From the IMG/VR virus record IMGVR_UViG_3300024331_000081, positions 1 through 33,656 of that record: a DNA stretch of 33,656 nucleotides. One strand, written 5' to 3'. This document shows, one piece after another, positions 1-8,239 of this stretch. Numbering within the stretch: position 1 is the stretch's first letter; every line of letters begins with the position of its first letter. Below the pieces are notes generated by a model. The model had not been told where the DNA came from and searched no databases. It worked only from the letters and a program-made list of their open reading frames with translations. Source of the DNA: a virus (Duplodnaviria; Caudoviricetes). Position numbers and translations under genes: made by a program.

Positions 1-127
1 TTCCTTGGCTGTGGTTGTAGTTGTGGTTGGGAAGATGCTCGTCGTCGGTAGAGGTCTTGTGGAGATCACCTAGGCGAGACGATGAGATGAAGCCACTGGG
101 AGAGCCCCCTCTCCCTGACTGTGCCAT
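1..127 (-). CDS. hypothetical protein (partial, runs off window start)
   Basis: ATG at 127 preceded by AAGAGG; open frame MAQSGRGGSPSG... to the window edge; absent from the ORF track. Confidence 0.45.
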   Translation of the reverse strand, partial: MAQSGRGGSPSGFISSSRLGDLHKTSTDDEHLPNHNYNHSQG

Positions 128-160
128 CTAGGCCTCTTATAGTTAAGGTGGATGAGTAGC

Positions 161-190
161 CGTCTGGTCTTGATTCGTCTGGTCTTGATT
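161..190. repeat. 15-bp tandem duplication CGTCTGGTCTTGATT x2
   Basis: exact copies at 161-175 and 176-190. Confidence 0.85.
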
Positions 191-217
191 CGTCTTGAGT
201 CGGACCGCGAAGCCCCG

Positions 218-610
218 CTAAGCGACTTCGAGTTCCGACTCACCGCTTTCTTCGCCGTTATCGGCATCGGCGTTGTCAGCTCCGAGACCTGAAGCGGCCT
301 CTAAGCCAAAACGGCTGAGCTGCAGGATAGTAACAGTCCGAAAACGGCCACGCTCGTTCTGCACAGACTCTTGCAGACGCTGTACAAGACCCTCAGCAAT
401 GAGGTCTTCCAACACAGGCCGCCAAATAGAAGGCGGATTGTGTGGACCGAGTCCTGACTGGAGCATGCTCGGGCTGATACGCGGATAGATCCTCATCGTA
501 GAGAGGATACGCTGCCTCATGTAATACTCCGGTGGATGGCTGTCGGTCGGGCGGGCATAGGACTCCACCCGTTGATAGAAAGGCATTGAGGGTTCTGACA
601 GGTCTTCCAT
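218..610 (-). CDS. hypothetical protein, possible winged-helix
   Basis: 130 aa; ILSTMRIYPRISPSML...VLEDLIAEGLVQR pattern resembles a wHTH; acidic C-tail. Confidence 0.6.
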   Translation of the reverse strand: MEDLSEPSMPFYQRVESYARPTDSHPPEYYMRQRILSTMRIYPRISPSMLQSGLGPHNPPSIWRPVLEDLIAEGLVQRLQESVQNERGRFRTVTILQLSRFGLEAASGLGADNADADNGEESGESELEVA

Positions 611-613
611 TCT

Positions 614-1006
614 CTACTCCGCTGCTTCCTTAGCTTGCCCCACTTGCGGCGCCTCTTCATTTTTGTAGAATCGTACCGTTGGCGCTACGGAAGGTACTGT
701 GCACTCTTCTACCTGTTCTGGGGTGATGTACCCCTTCTCAACTGCGAGTGCTAAGTTGAACCTGTGTTGGGTGATGTCTGTAATACTAGCTGAGTACTGC
801 TCACCCTTAACCAAATAGGTGTAAGGGTCAATGCGCATGCTTTCATCTAGCCGAGCTTTCAGTCCGGCTTTGTAGTACTTGGTAAGCGTCGTCAGGCGAT
901 TGAGCTCAGCCTGATCGGGCCCACACATGTCAACAATACCGCCTGCTGTGGCGTTGGAGAGATTAGGCATGTTGACTGACTTGGCCATATGTTTTGTGTC
1001 CTGCAA
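614..1006 (-). CDS. hypothetical protein
   Basis: 130-aa ORF, tightly packed with neighbour, directly downstream of the promoter-like element at 1016-1045. Confidence 0.65.
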   Translation of the reverse strand: MQDTKHMAKSVNMPNLSNATAGGIVDMCGPDQAELNRLTTLTKYYKAGLKARLDESMRIDPYTYLVKGEQYSASITDITQHRFNLALAVEKGYITPEQVEECTVPSVAPTVRFYKNEEAPQVGQAKEAAE

Positions 1007-1015
1007 TTATTCCTA

Positions 1016-1045
1016 ATTATATAACACTGGCTTTTGGGTAATCTA
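1016..1045 (-). promoter_or_regulatory. sigma70-like promoter (degenerate member of the early promoter family)
   Basis: CCC-TAGATT-18 bp-TATAAT on minus strand in an AT-rich intergenic gap. Confidence 0.45.
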
Positions 1046-1056
1046 GGGCAAAATTA

Positions 1057-1106
1057 CGGTCAATGCCTCGGTCGCCACAAATATGGGCAGACATAGGCAT
1101 TGACCG
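1057..1106 (-). terminator. stem-loop / probable terminator
   Basis: perfect 12-bp inverted repeat CGGTCAATGCCT (1057-1068) / AGGCATTGACCG (1095-1106) just after the stop of 1119-1412, followed by TAATTTT on minus. Confidence 0.55.
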
Positions 1107-1118
1107 CAACCTTCCTAC

Positions 1119-1412
1119 TTAGCGACCTGGATCTTCCTGAGTTGCAGGCATGGGTATGGGTCCGGGACTGGGATTGTAGACCCCATCGGTCGGAATCTTC
1201 ATTGGGAAGCGGTCAACGAGCTCGTTGTAGGTCTCATAGTACAGAAGGCACAAGAGATCGTTGAGACGATCGTCCTGGAGATAGACCGTATCTCCTGCGA
1301 GCTTGTCTTTAACTATAAAGGTCTTATCTACAGACCCCGTGTGCAGAGCCCGCAGAATCTCCATACGCTCGATCAGTTGTTTAGGTGAGAGATGTTTAAG
1401 GTCCGCTCTCAT
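1119..1412 (-). CDS. hypothetical protein
   Basis: 97-aa ORF overlapping the end of the NYN gene. Confidence 0.65.
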   Translation of the reverse strand: MRADLKHLSPKQLIERMEILRALHTGSVDKTFIVKDKLAGDTVYLQDDRLNDLLCLLYYETYNELVDRFPMKIPTDGVYNPSPGPIPMPATQEDPGR

Positions 1413-1956
1413 TCCGATTCCTTTCCAATAGGGTTCGAAGGTCCTTCATGTCTATGTAGCTATCTGCGGCAAAACGCAGATCGTCAGCGCAGGTGTCTTT
1501 GCTTGAGATGACGATCACGCGCTTGCCTAGGTCTTGGAGGTAGTTGACTAATACACAGAAGTCTCCGTCCCCGCTAAGGAGAACGAAGTTGTCCACACTT
1601 GGGGCTAACTGAACGGCTTTGATAGTCATGTCAACGTCAACGTTGCCCTTAGTGTACTGCTCGCCAGAGACACTTGTTAACGTCTTACTGGGCTTCGAGA
1701 CGATACAGTAGCCGTTGTAGCCTAGGAAGGAAACGAGGGACCTCACAGGGTCCCTCTCTCCTCTGTCTCCATCGTCCATGAGAGCAGTGAAGTAGTATGC
1801 TCTCACAAGCGTGGTATGCTTACGAAACGTGGAGAGCAGCTTCTGGTAGTCCATCTCGTACCCTGCTCTCCGGCAGGCTTGGTAGTGGTTCGCACCGTCA
1901 ATGAGGATGACGGTACGAGCGCCTTCCTTGATATGTTCCGAGATAAGATTCGACAC
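1396..1956 (-). CDS. NYN-domain (LabA/DUF88, PIN-like) protein
   Basis: motifs ILIDGANH, KGNVDVDM, LLSGDGDF..LV..L...GKRV, LRFAADSYID. Confidence 0.9.
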   Translation of the reverse strand: MSNLISEHIKEGARTVILIDGANHYQACRRAGYEMDYQKLLSTFRKHTTLVRAYYFTALMDDGDRGERDPVRSLVSFLGYNGYCIVSKPSKTLTSVSGEQYTKGNVDVDMTIKAVQLAPSVDNFVLLSGDGDFCVLVNYLQDLGKRVIVISSKDTCADDLRFAADSYIDMKDLRTLLERNRNESGP

Positions 1957-1961
1957 GAATG

Positions 1962-2234
1962 TTAACCCTCCTCTGTGCCATCCCAGTGGCCGTTGTAACG
2001 TAGATTAGCTGCTAGGGCCTTTGCTAGCCTGATAGCAGCCTGCGGACCGATTTCAACTTTCATCCGCTTGTTGTGTCCGTTCTTGATGATCTCGAACTCG
2101 TAGCTCTCCATCCACCTACGCAGGTAGAGTTGGTCTCCCAGCTCTATAGAGAAGTCACGATCGTTAGGGTCTACACAAGACTTGTAGTTGGTCACGCGCT
2201 TAGGAGGCGGCTGAGCTATCCTGTATCTGGGCAT
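1962..2234 (-). CDS. hypothetical protein
   Basis: start trimmed to ATG 2234 (MPRYR) immediately after the upstream stop. Confidence 0.6.
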   Translation of the reverse strand: MPRYRIAQPPPKRVTNYKSCVDPNDRDFSIELGDQLYLRRWMESYEFEIIKNGHNKRMKVEIGPQAAIRLAKALAANLRYNGHWDGTEEG

Positions 2235-2235
2235 G

Positions 2236-2634
2236 TTAGCACTCATCGATAAGGTTGTGTGAAGGCATTGGGTAGAAGCGGTCATCAGCAGCGTTGTAGA
2301 ACACTCTGAGGACCTTCGGTATGATGTTAGCCCGTCTGGCTCTGGCCTCCTCTATGTCGTTGATGTTCTTCTCAGTGATGGCGACCCAGCGTTGGACCCA
2401 ACCAACATGCTTACAAGGTCCTTGTCGTGCGTGGTGGTAGGCTGCAGGACAGGAACATACTAGCCTGTCCTGGGCATCACCCCACACGTGGTAGATCTCG
2501 ACTGGGATTCCGTCTCCGTCGTCCTCGATCTTTCTGACTTCGTAGTTGAACTCGAACTTTCTTGAGTTCAGCTTGGCTCCGGAGGACTCTCCGAAGAAGT
2601 AGTGGTAGTTCTGCCCTCGTTTGCTTTTTGCCAT
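2236..2634 (-). CDS. SWIM zinc-finger protein
   Basis: CSCPAAYHHARQGPCKHV = CxC-xn-CxH SWIM motif. Confidence 0.75.
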   Translation of the reverse strand: MAKSKRGQNYHYFFGESSGAKLNSRKFEFNYEVRKIEDDGDGIPVEIYHVWGDAQDRLVCSCPAAYHHARQGPCKHVGWVQRWVAITEKNINDIEEARARRANIIPKVLRVFYNAADDRFYPMPSHNLIDEC

Positions 2635-3194
2635 TCTTCATACTCCGTAAACAGTCTGTGCACTTCTACCAAGAGCTTGTTCATCTTTTTAGTCTGGCGG
2701 AAAGTGTTCGCGTCTTTAGCAGACCTGTACTCGTTGCAGACTTTGTGTGCCAGACCTAGGTTAGCCTGCTTGTTAGTGCCTCCCTTAGTTCTGGGTATAA
2801 TATGCTCCTTGGTAGGAGCTAGAGGATTTCCAGCAGACACGTCTAACTTAACCTCTCGGCTACACCACATGCAGATCAAGTTGTGCTTGTGAGCGAACCG
2901 AACCATCTTAGGGCCGATAGGCTGTATGAGAAACTTCAGTTGGCGTTTAGCCTTCCTCTTCTTGTTGCCTGTAGGGGTAGGATTGAGGTGTATGAGTTTG
3001 AAGTGTTGAGCAAGCCCAGACTGCGATAGGAACTTCCTAGGACAGTGAGGGCATTGCCACAGACCTGTAGAGTCTTGGTTGGTTAGTGGAGGCATAACTG
3101 TATTATGCACAGTGAACCTGTGCTGGTGCAGTGCTTGCTGTGTTAGGAAGCCCTGAGAGGTCTCAGGGCAATCCTTACATCTGTAGACAGTCAC
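2568..3194 (-). CDS. HNH endonuclease with two N-terminal C2H2 zinc fingers
   Basis: YRCKDC..F.TQQAL.QH...VH and WQCPHCPRKFLSQSGLAQHFKLIH; HNH core CMWC...TKEHIIPRTKGGTNKQANLGLAHKVCN. Confidence 0.85.
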   Translation of the reverse strand: MTVYRCKDCPETSQGFLTQQALHQHRFTVHNTVMPPLTNQDSTGLWQCPHCPRKFLSQSGLAQHFKLIHLNPTPTGNKKRKAKRQLKFLIQPIGPKMVRFAHKHNLICMWCSREVKLDVSAGNPLAPTKEHIIPRTKGGTNKQANLGLAHKVCNEYRSAKDANTFRQTKKMNKLLVEVHRLFTEYEEWQKANEGRTTTTSSESPPEPS

Positions 3195-3200
3195 CCGAGA

Positions 3201-3632
3201 TTACTCCGTCTCCCAAGGGAATTGTACCCAGGTGTCTTGAGGTACTTCCCAGGCTGAAGCATCCCGGTATGGGATACCCTCAGGCTTAACGTACACGGAT
3301 ACAAACTTGGCGTTGGGAAGGAACTCCCTTATCTCCCGGAAGGTCTTCCCCGTGTCGCAGATGTCATCTACGACTAGGTAGGCCTTATTTGACTGGCGTA
3401 CCCAAGTGATGTAGTCTTGCATATGAAAGGCTTTAATCGGCACCTTGAGCGTGTGGCTGAGTAAGGTGGCAGGTATTAGGCCTCCTCGGCTGACAGCTAT
3501 AATGCCCTCGTGCGTAGCCATGTCCAGGTCTGGGTGCTGCAGGATGTGTGCAGCAAGGATATGGGTGAGGTGGTCGAAAGTCCCCCAACTCACCTTCAAG
3601 ACCTCTTTGTGCTCCTCGGTCATCTCGACCAT
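3201..3632 (-). CDS. type I phosphoribosyltransferase (Gpt/xanthine-guanine PRT-like)
   Basis: IIAVSRGGLIPA, PRPP-binding LVVDDICDTGKT, C-terminal WVQFPWE. Confidence 0.88.
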   Translation of the reverse strand: MVEMTEEHKEVLKVSWGTFDHLTHILAAHILQHPDLDMATHEGIIAVSRGGLIPATLLSHTLKVPIKAFHMQDYITWVRQSNKAYLVVDDICDTGKTFREIREFLPNAKFVSVYVKPEGIPYRDASAWEVPQDTWVQFPWETE

Positions 3633-3633
3633 G

Positions 3634-3837
3634 CTAGTTCCTTGGTTTGCGAAGTTGGACGGATGTGACGTTCTTCAGAGACTTGAAGAGGGGGTCGTAG
3701 GGATGACGACACCCTCCCATGCTCTGCAAAGCGTCACTGATGAAGTCCTTGACGTCGTCCAAGTAGACCTCTTCATGGACTTCGAAGCTGACTTTCATCG
3801 TGTGACGCTTCTTAGGGCTCAGGACATGCTTAGCCAC
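3634..3837 (-). CDS. hypothetical protein
   Basis: 67-aa ORF abutting both neighbours. Confidence 0.6.
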   Translation of the reverse strand: MAKHVLSPKKRHTMKVSFEVHEEVYLDDVKDFISDALQSMGGCRHPYDPLFKSLKNVTSVQLRKPRN

Positions 3838-4184
3838 TAGTCGATCTCCCTCCAGGAGGCACGCTCGTAGCCCAAGGCGTAAGCCACCCAGGTCATTGTG
3901 AGGTTCTGTGGGCGTTTGGTCTTGCCCTTCATCCAGTTCACGATCGTCGTCTCAGAGATGACGAATGTGTTTCTGGAGGCCCTGATGACCATCTGCCTGA
4001 TCACGTAGGGCGTGAGGTTAGAGTCTGTAATGATCTTACAGAGCTCGACCATATCGGGGTCGCAACCTCTCCAGCGATAGCCCGACTGGCGGTTGATATT
4101 GGACAGCCGTCGGCGAGGAGCCTTGGCCTGGTAGTTGCGGTCTTGCATGTAGGACGGAAAGTTGATCACTTTAGCTTGGGGCAT
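3837..4184 (-). CDS. XRE-like helix-turn-helix protein
   Basis: ISETTIVNWMKGKTKRPQNLTM..VAYALGY typical of XRE/Cro-type HTH; GGAG RBS. Confidence 0.7.
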   Translation of the reverse strand: MPQAKVINFPSYMQDRNYQAKAPRRRLSNINRQSGYRWRGCDPDMVELCKIITDSNLTPYVIRQMVIRASRNTFVISETTIVNWMKGKTKRPQNLTMTWVAYALGYERASWREID

Positions 4185-4196
4185 ACTTGACTCCGG

Positions 4197-4433
4197 TTAG
4201 GTTAGAGACCAGTCGATCTTCTCGTCTAGTTCGTTGATACGTTGGCGGACCAGAGCTTCAGCCTCGTCCCAGGCTTTGAGTTCATCGTCCGTCATCCGTC
4301 CTCCTGGGCGCTTCCTGAGTATGGACCTGGAGAGTGCGATGCTTGTATCAACGTTACACGCTTCGTCGTAGGCGAGTTTCCTTTTCATAGCCTCATCTAC
4401 GGCTGCTAGCAGTTGCCTATACGTAATCTCCAT
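4197..4433 (-). CDS. hypothetical protein
   Basis: ATG 4433 (MEITY) coupled via TAATG to the upstream gene; GAGGAGG RBS. Confidence 0.65.
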   Translation of the reverse strand: MEITYRQLLAAVDEAMKRKLAYDEACNVDTSIALSRSILRKRPGGRMTDDELKAWDEAEALVRQRINELDEKIDWSLT

Positions 4434-4843
4434 TAGTACCCTCCTCGCTCTTGGCGATCTGCGCACTCGTCGCACTGGTAGCCCAAGGCGACGTCTTCAG
4501 GTGTTAGCCTGTTCTTGCCTCTGCAGGTCGGGCAAGGCCTGTTACGTGGGTTGGTTTTGGTCGCCATCCGCAGTGCAGAGTGTCCTGTCGGGTCTGCGAA
4601 CTGCGGACATCCACAACCAGGAGTCTCCATACCACACTGGTCGCATTGGTAGTATTCGAAGTCCTCACCCTCGTCTACCCAGTCCAATTCGGCCTCGCGC
4701 TGGTCGATATCTTCGACCTCAATCTGTAGGTCATCTTGGATTTGGAGGAGAAGGGTCTTCTTCGCTGGGTCCTCTTCAGTCTTCATGGCTTCTGTTGTCA
4801 AGCCTAGAAGCACTAGGACTTGGTCTTTGTCTAAGTCGATCAT
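4433..4843 (-). CDS. Cys-rich (zinc-ribbon) hypothetical protein
   Basis: start trimmed to MIDLDK (GGAG RBS); CxxC pairs CDQC, CPTC, CDEC; acidic middle. Confidence 0.65.
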   Translation of the reverse strand: MIDLDKDQVLVLLGLTTEAMKTEEDPAKKTLLLQIQDDLQIEVEDIDQREAELDWVDEGEDFEYYQCDQCGMETPGCGCPQFADPTGHSALRMATKTNPRNRPCPTCRGKNRLTPEDVALGYQCDECADRQERGGY

Positions 4844-4863
4844 GTAACTCTCCGAGGTTAGTG

Positions 4864-5130
4864 TCAGTGTATGAAACTTACGATGTGACTGCCGTGTTTG
4901 GACATGTTTGCTGCGATTGCTAGCAATACTATGCCGAAGATTAGAAGGATAACGCCACACTGCTTACTGAAAGGCCAAGGTTTTGGTCCTTCACGTACAT
5001 GCGCAGTGTCCTCCTCTGGGAGCTGTCCTGCAGCTTTGGCCTTCTCCATCGCCTCGTACTTACGAATCTGATACAGGATTAGATCCTTATCTGATCCGAC
5101 CCGAGGAGGCAACCGGAAGCCGTGGCTCAT
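4864..5130 (-). CDS. small membrane protein
   Basis: one hydrophobic segment GVILLIFGIVLLAIAA. Confidence 0.55.
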   Translation of the reverse strand: MSHGFRLPPRVGSDKDLILYQIRKYEAMEKAKAAGQLPEEDTAHVREGPKPWPFSKQCGVILLIFGIVLLAIAANMSKHGSHIVSFIH

Positions 5131-5503
5131 CCGAGGTCTCCAGGATTGTTTTGATATGGCTGTTTAGTCGTTTGTCGGACATGTAGTTGAGTTTAATTTT
5201 ACGCTTGGTCACCTCCTCTTCGGTTGTAATTAACAAACGGGCCCTCTGGACTTTCTTGCTTGTGAGGGCCTCAATGATTGATGTAGCGGAAGGTCTATCC
5301 AAGAAAGTAATGTGGATCTTCTTAGGTGTTTGGGGTGCGTAGTCGAGATAGGCTCGCTCGATCTGGAGTGCCTCTAGCCCGTTGCAATACTGGGCAGCAT
5401 CCTTGACCGTTAAGAACGCTCTGATAGGTGTCAGAGTTTCCTTATGCACCACAACGAACCAGATACTGGTGTTGTGGGCAGCGAGCCTATCTCGGATCGA
5501 CAT
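5087..5503 (-). CDS. hypothetical protein
   Basis: 138-aa ORF in operon. Confidence 0.65.
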   Translation of the reverse strand: MSIRDRLAAHNTSIWFVVVHKETLTPIRAFLTVKDAAQYCNGLEALQIERAYLDYAPQTPKKIHITFLDRPSATSIIEALTSKKVQRARLLITTEEEVTKRKIKLNYMSDKRLNSHIKTILETSDEPRLPVASSGRIR

Positions 5504-5517
5504 GGTGTTAGTGGTTG

Positions 5518-5712
5518 CTACCAGTCAATAGTAATCGAGATCTTCTGAGGCTGCTCGTTGCCGAATGCAGTCTTACGGATGTACAGCGGACCAATATTGC
5601 ACCCTGGAGCATTGGGTGCTCTGAAAGTGCCGCCACAGGGGTCGACCTCCTGGTACCGGAGAGCGCCCGGAGTTTCTTTTTCCAGAACGAAGTTGATTGT
5701 CTTCTGTAGCAT
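5518..5712 (-). CDS. hypothetical protein
   Basis: 64 aa, AAGGA RBS; F.LEKET.GALRYQE...LYIRK.A pattern seen in small phage proteins. Confidence 0.65.
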   Translation of the reverse strand: MLQKTINFVLEKETPGALRYQEVDPCGGTFRAPNAPGCNIGPLYIRKTAFGNEQPQKISITIDW

Positions 5713-5779
5713 GACCGCATATTCCTTTCTGTCTGCGGTTAACGATAAGGTGCTACGCTTCTAAACCTGAATCGGTTGG

Positions 5780-6196
5780 TTAGTTCTTGGCCACGATCGG
5801 CTTCGGAAGAACACGAAGGATCTTGTGGGTCCGTTCGTCCTCCTGAGCCTTCGGCCTTCCAGGTCCTCTACTTCCTTGGGATTTTAGAGGGTGCTGGATG
5901 ACATTGTTAACATGCTGTGGTCTCATCTGCCAGCCTCTGAGTTCAGTAATGATCGAGGCGATCGATGAGTTCTTGAAACCCTGGTCGTGAAGGTACCTTA
6001 TCTTGGCAGACCAGTTAGGAGCCTCCATGAGTCCTGCTACGATCGAATCGATCTCAGGGTCTTGGGTCGAAGGGATTCCCTGGCTCTTGAGCTGGTTTGC
6101 TACTACCTCCTCTTGAGGTAGGGGTGTCTCACTTTCGCTCTCCGCTTCAGTGTCGACTGGGGGCTCGTCGTTACTCTTGCGTCTGGCCTTAGCCAC
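5780..6196 (-). CDS. small HTH-like DNA-binding protein (family member 4)
   Basis: SAKIRYLHDQGFKNSSIA...MRPQHVNNVI motif; GAGGAG RBS. Confidence 0.7.
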   Translation of the reverse strand: MAKARRKSNDEPPVDTEAESESETPLPQEEVVANQLKSQGIPSTQDPEIDSIVAGLMEAPNWSAKIRYLHDQGFKNSSIASIITELRGWQMRPQHVNNVIQHPLKSQGSRGPGRPKAQEDERTHKILRVLPKPIVAKN

Positions 6197-6554
6197 TGGG
6201 CTCCTCCTCTTCGTCGGATGTGGATTCGGGGTTGGCGGCGAATACGAATTCGGTATAGCCCCTCCAGAACGTAGGACCTTGTAGCTTGTACCGAATCATG
6301 ACTTTGCGTTCGCCGTCCAGTGGAAAGTCTCTGATGCTGCAGTAGACTTCGTCCGGCTGCAGCATGAAGTCTTTCCCAGCCAACCAGTCTTTGACGGCGT
6401 CGAACCCATTTTGGTAGTCCCTACCGTAGGCTGGTGTGACTGTTATATCGAGCCTGTTGGGTAGGAAGCCTCCCGGCGTTACGATCGGTTTCAATACAGC
6501 GCACTCGTCTGGGGCTCGATGACGTGGATCTGGTACGCTAGGCCGATACCGCAT
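6189..6554 (-). CDS. hypothetical protein (start uncertain)
   Basis: ORF with TPAYGRDY...DWLAGKDF motif typical of small phage proteins. Confidence 0.65.
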   Translation of the reverse strand: MRYRPSVPDPRHRAPDECAVLKPIVTPGGFLPNRLDITVTPAYGRDYQNGFDAVKDWLAGKDFMLQPDEVYCSIRDFPLDGERKVMIRYKLQGPTFWRGYTEFVFAANPESTSDEEEEPSG

Positions 6555-6706
6555 ATGCGACCTCGGGGATCTGGATCGAACCAGTCCATGTTACCCACAG
6601 CTGGGTGCAGCTTGGCTTCGTCCAGGGTCTTGTACAGACCTAGGACTTCCGGAGTGTCTGCGTCGAAGTTGATCAGGATGTAGTAGTACATGCTTGTGTC
6701 CTCCAT
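6491..6706 (-). CDS. hypothetical protein
   Basis: first ORF after tandem promoters; LGLYKTLDEAK motif. Confidence 0.65.
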   Translation of the reverse strand: MEDTSMYYYILINFDADTPEVLGLYKTLDEAKLHPAVGNMDWFDPDPRGRICGIGLAYQIHVIEPQTSALY

Positions 6707-6751
6707 CTTCCGTCTTGGGGTCTTGGGATTTTTGGATAATGTTTTTATTTA

Positions 6752-6810
6752 ATTATAACATAGTTCTATTGGGGAATTCAAGGGTTATTTTTTGGGCATC
6801 AAGAGTTTTC
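6752..6810 (-). promoter_or_regulatory. sigma70-like early promoter with A-tract upstream element
   Basis: AAAAATAACCC-TTGAAT-18 bp-TATAAT with extended -10 TG. Confidence 0.8.
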
Positions 6811-6841
6811 TGCAAGTACTCAATGTGACGAGATTCTATTT

Positions 6842-6896
6842 ATTATAATATAAGTGCGTTAGGGCTTTCAACAGGATTTTTTGTAGAGCCATAAGG
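6842..6896 (-). promoter_or_regulatory. second tandem sigma70-like promoter
   Basis: TTGAAA-18 bp-TATAAT with upstream A-tract and CTTATGG. Confidence 0.7.
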
Positions 6897-6960
6897 CTAC
6901 CTTATTATGTATTTCGGATATTATATTGGGCATATCCAAAGTCCCCGCCTGCCAGCGGGT

Positions 6961-6995
6961 GAGGAATCAGGAGTGGTTTAAGACTCCTGATCCTC
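6961..6995 (-). terminator. stem-loop after 7004 gene
   Basis: ATCAGGAGT (6966-6974) / ACTCCTGAT (6983-6991), extended by GAGG/CCTC; no clear U-tract. Confidence 0.45.
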
Positions 6996-7003
6996 GCACG
7001 TGT

Positions 7004-7180
7004 TTACGCTTCTAGTGGGACGACCTCGTCCGAGTATTTGGGGTCGATGTCCGCTGTGTACGACGTAAAGCCGTTCGTCATGTTTCTGAGGTGAGCAATG
7101 TATTCCTGTAACGACTCGTGCTCTTCCTTAGTCATACCGTGGGCATAGAACACGAGAGCATACGCTTCCTGATAGGGCAT
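7004..7180 (-). CDS. hypothetical protein
   Basis: start trimmed to MPYQEAY with AAGGAG RBS. Confidence 0.6.
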   Translation of the reverse strand: MPYQEAYALVFYAHGMTKEEHESLQEYIAHLRNMTNGFTSYTADIDPKYSDEVVPLEA

Positions 7181-7181
7181 C

Positions 7182-7352
7182 TCATACTCCTTTGGTAGAG
7201 TTAAGTGTAGGAGCTGTTCTGTTGAGTGCATCTTTCTCCTTTCCGATTGGTCTGTCGTAGGGATGTAGACCCTTCAACCATAGTATAGTGCTGAGTCTGT
7301 ACCCAGCCTGTACTAGTGGTTGTATCTCTTCCCACTTAACTTTCACCGTCAT
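7182..7352 (-). CDS. hypothetical protein (56 aa, not in ORF track)
   Basis: AAGGAGG RBS then MTVKVKWEEIQPLVQAGYRLSTILWLKGLHPYDRP...; fills the gap exactly. Confidence 0.6.
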   Translation of the reverse strand: MTVKVKWEEIQPLVQAGYRLSTILWLKGLHPYDRPIGKEKDALNRTAPTLNSTKGV

Positions 7353-7704
7353 CAGTTACCTCCTTGAATACGGCACGCTTAGTCCGTCGACCTAGTTTGT
7401 CCACGGGCCATTCCCAGTGCGAGAACCTGTATTTTCTTGTTATGGCCTTTGGGGTGACTCTCCCGCGCCCTACCGAGTACTCGGACTCGCGCGCAACTTT
7501 TGAAGTCGTCTCGCGTAGGAGAATCCGTTGTTGTTCGGGCGAGACATAGGTATAGCCACCTTTGTGGTGAGAAGGCAGAGCTTGCTTGAACTTTTTATCG
7601 AGTTCTGCTTTGGCTACCTGCTCACCACAACTTTGGCATGTAGAGTAACCCAAGGCCTTGCGGCCTTGGGGGAACTCTTCACCACACTTAGCACAGACAG
7701 GCAT
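7336..7704 (-). CDS. C4 zinc-finger protein (DksA/TraR-like finger spacing)
   Basis: CAKCGEEFPQGRKALGYSTCQSC; start trimmed to MPVC. Confidence 0.65.
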   Translation of the reverse strand: MPVCAKCGEEFPQGRKALGYSTCQSCGEQVAKAELDKKFKQALPSHHKGGYTYVSPEQQRILLRETTSKVARESEYSVGRGRVTPKAITRKYRFSHWEWPVDKLGRRTKRAVFKEVTDDGES

Positions 7705-7708
7705 AGGG

Positions 7709-8002
7709 TTAGTCAATGGGCTCGCCTTTGTTGCGACGGCACCTGACACACTCTAGGTCTCCCGCGTCCCCTTCCGGGAAGTCAGCTACGAACACTTCTG
7801 GTAGTCGAGTCGGGAGACTGAGTAGGAAGCTTCTCGCCTCTGGCTGATGCTCGACGTTGATTACATCGAACACGTCTTCGGGGTTCCAGGACATCCAGAT
7901 CCGAAAGGTATTACCACAGTCGATAACGTGGGCATGTCTGTCATGTTTCAGATTACGGAGCCGAGTGCGCTCTTTAATCTGTTCCTTAGTTAATCCGGCC
8001 AT
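7709..8002 (-). CDS. hypothetical protein
   Basis: 97-aa ORF, AAGGA RBS. Confidence 0.65.
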   Translation of the reverse strand: MAGLTKEQIKERTRLRNLKHDRHAHVIDCGNTFRIWMSWNPEDVFDVINVEHQPEARSFLLSLPTRLPEVFVADFPEGDAGDLECVRCRRNKGEPID

Positions 8003-8041
8003 GATTAGTTAATCCTTTGATAGTTGTGTGTTAGAGTCGTT

Positions 8042-8236
8042 TTACGTGTTGGGTTCGAGGTATTCCCCGATCATGTACAGCCACTCTTCTTTGGAGAGCT
8101 TCTGTAGGTACATCAGAGCGAGGTCCTCCTTACAGTTGCCCTCTGTGAGGTGTTCGACTGTTGCCTCGAGCTGACTTGGTGTGTACACCTTCAGCAGGTC
8201 TGGGTAGTCTTTCTGGATGATTTCCATTAGTGTCAT
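8042..8236 (-). CDS. hypothetical protein
   Basis: 64-aa acidic ORF in operon. Confidence 0.6.
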   Translation of the reverse strand: MTLMEIIQKDYPDLLKVYTPSQLEATVEHLTEGNCKEDLALMYLQKLSKEEWLYMIGEYLEPNT

Positions 8237-8239
8237 GGG

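Noticed and set aside
161-196. CRISPR-like repeat
   Set aside because: Only two adjacent 15-bp copies without spacers; no array or cas genes anywhere in the window.
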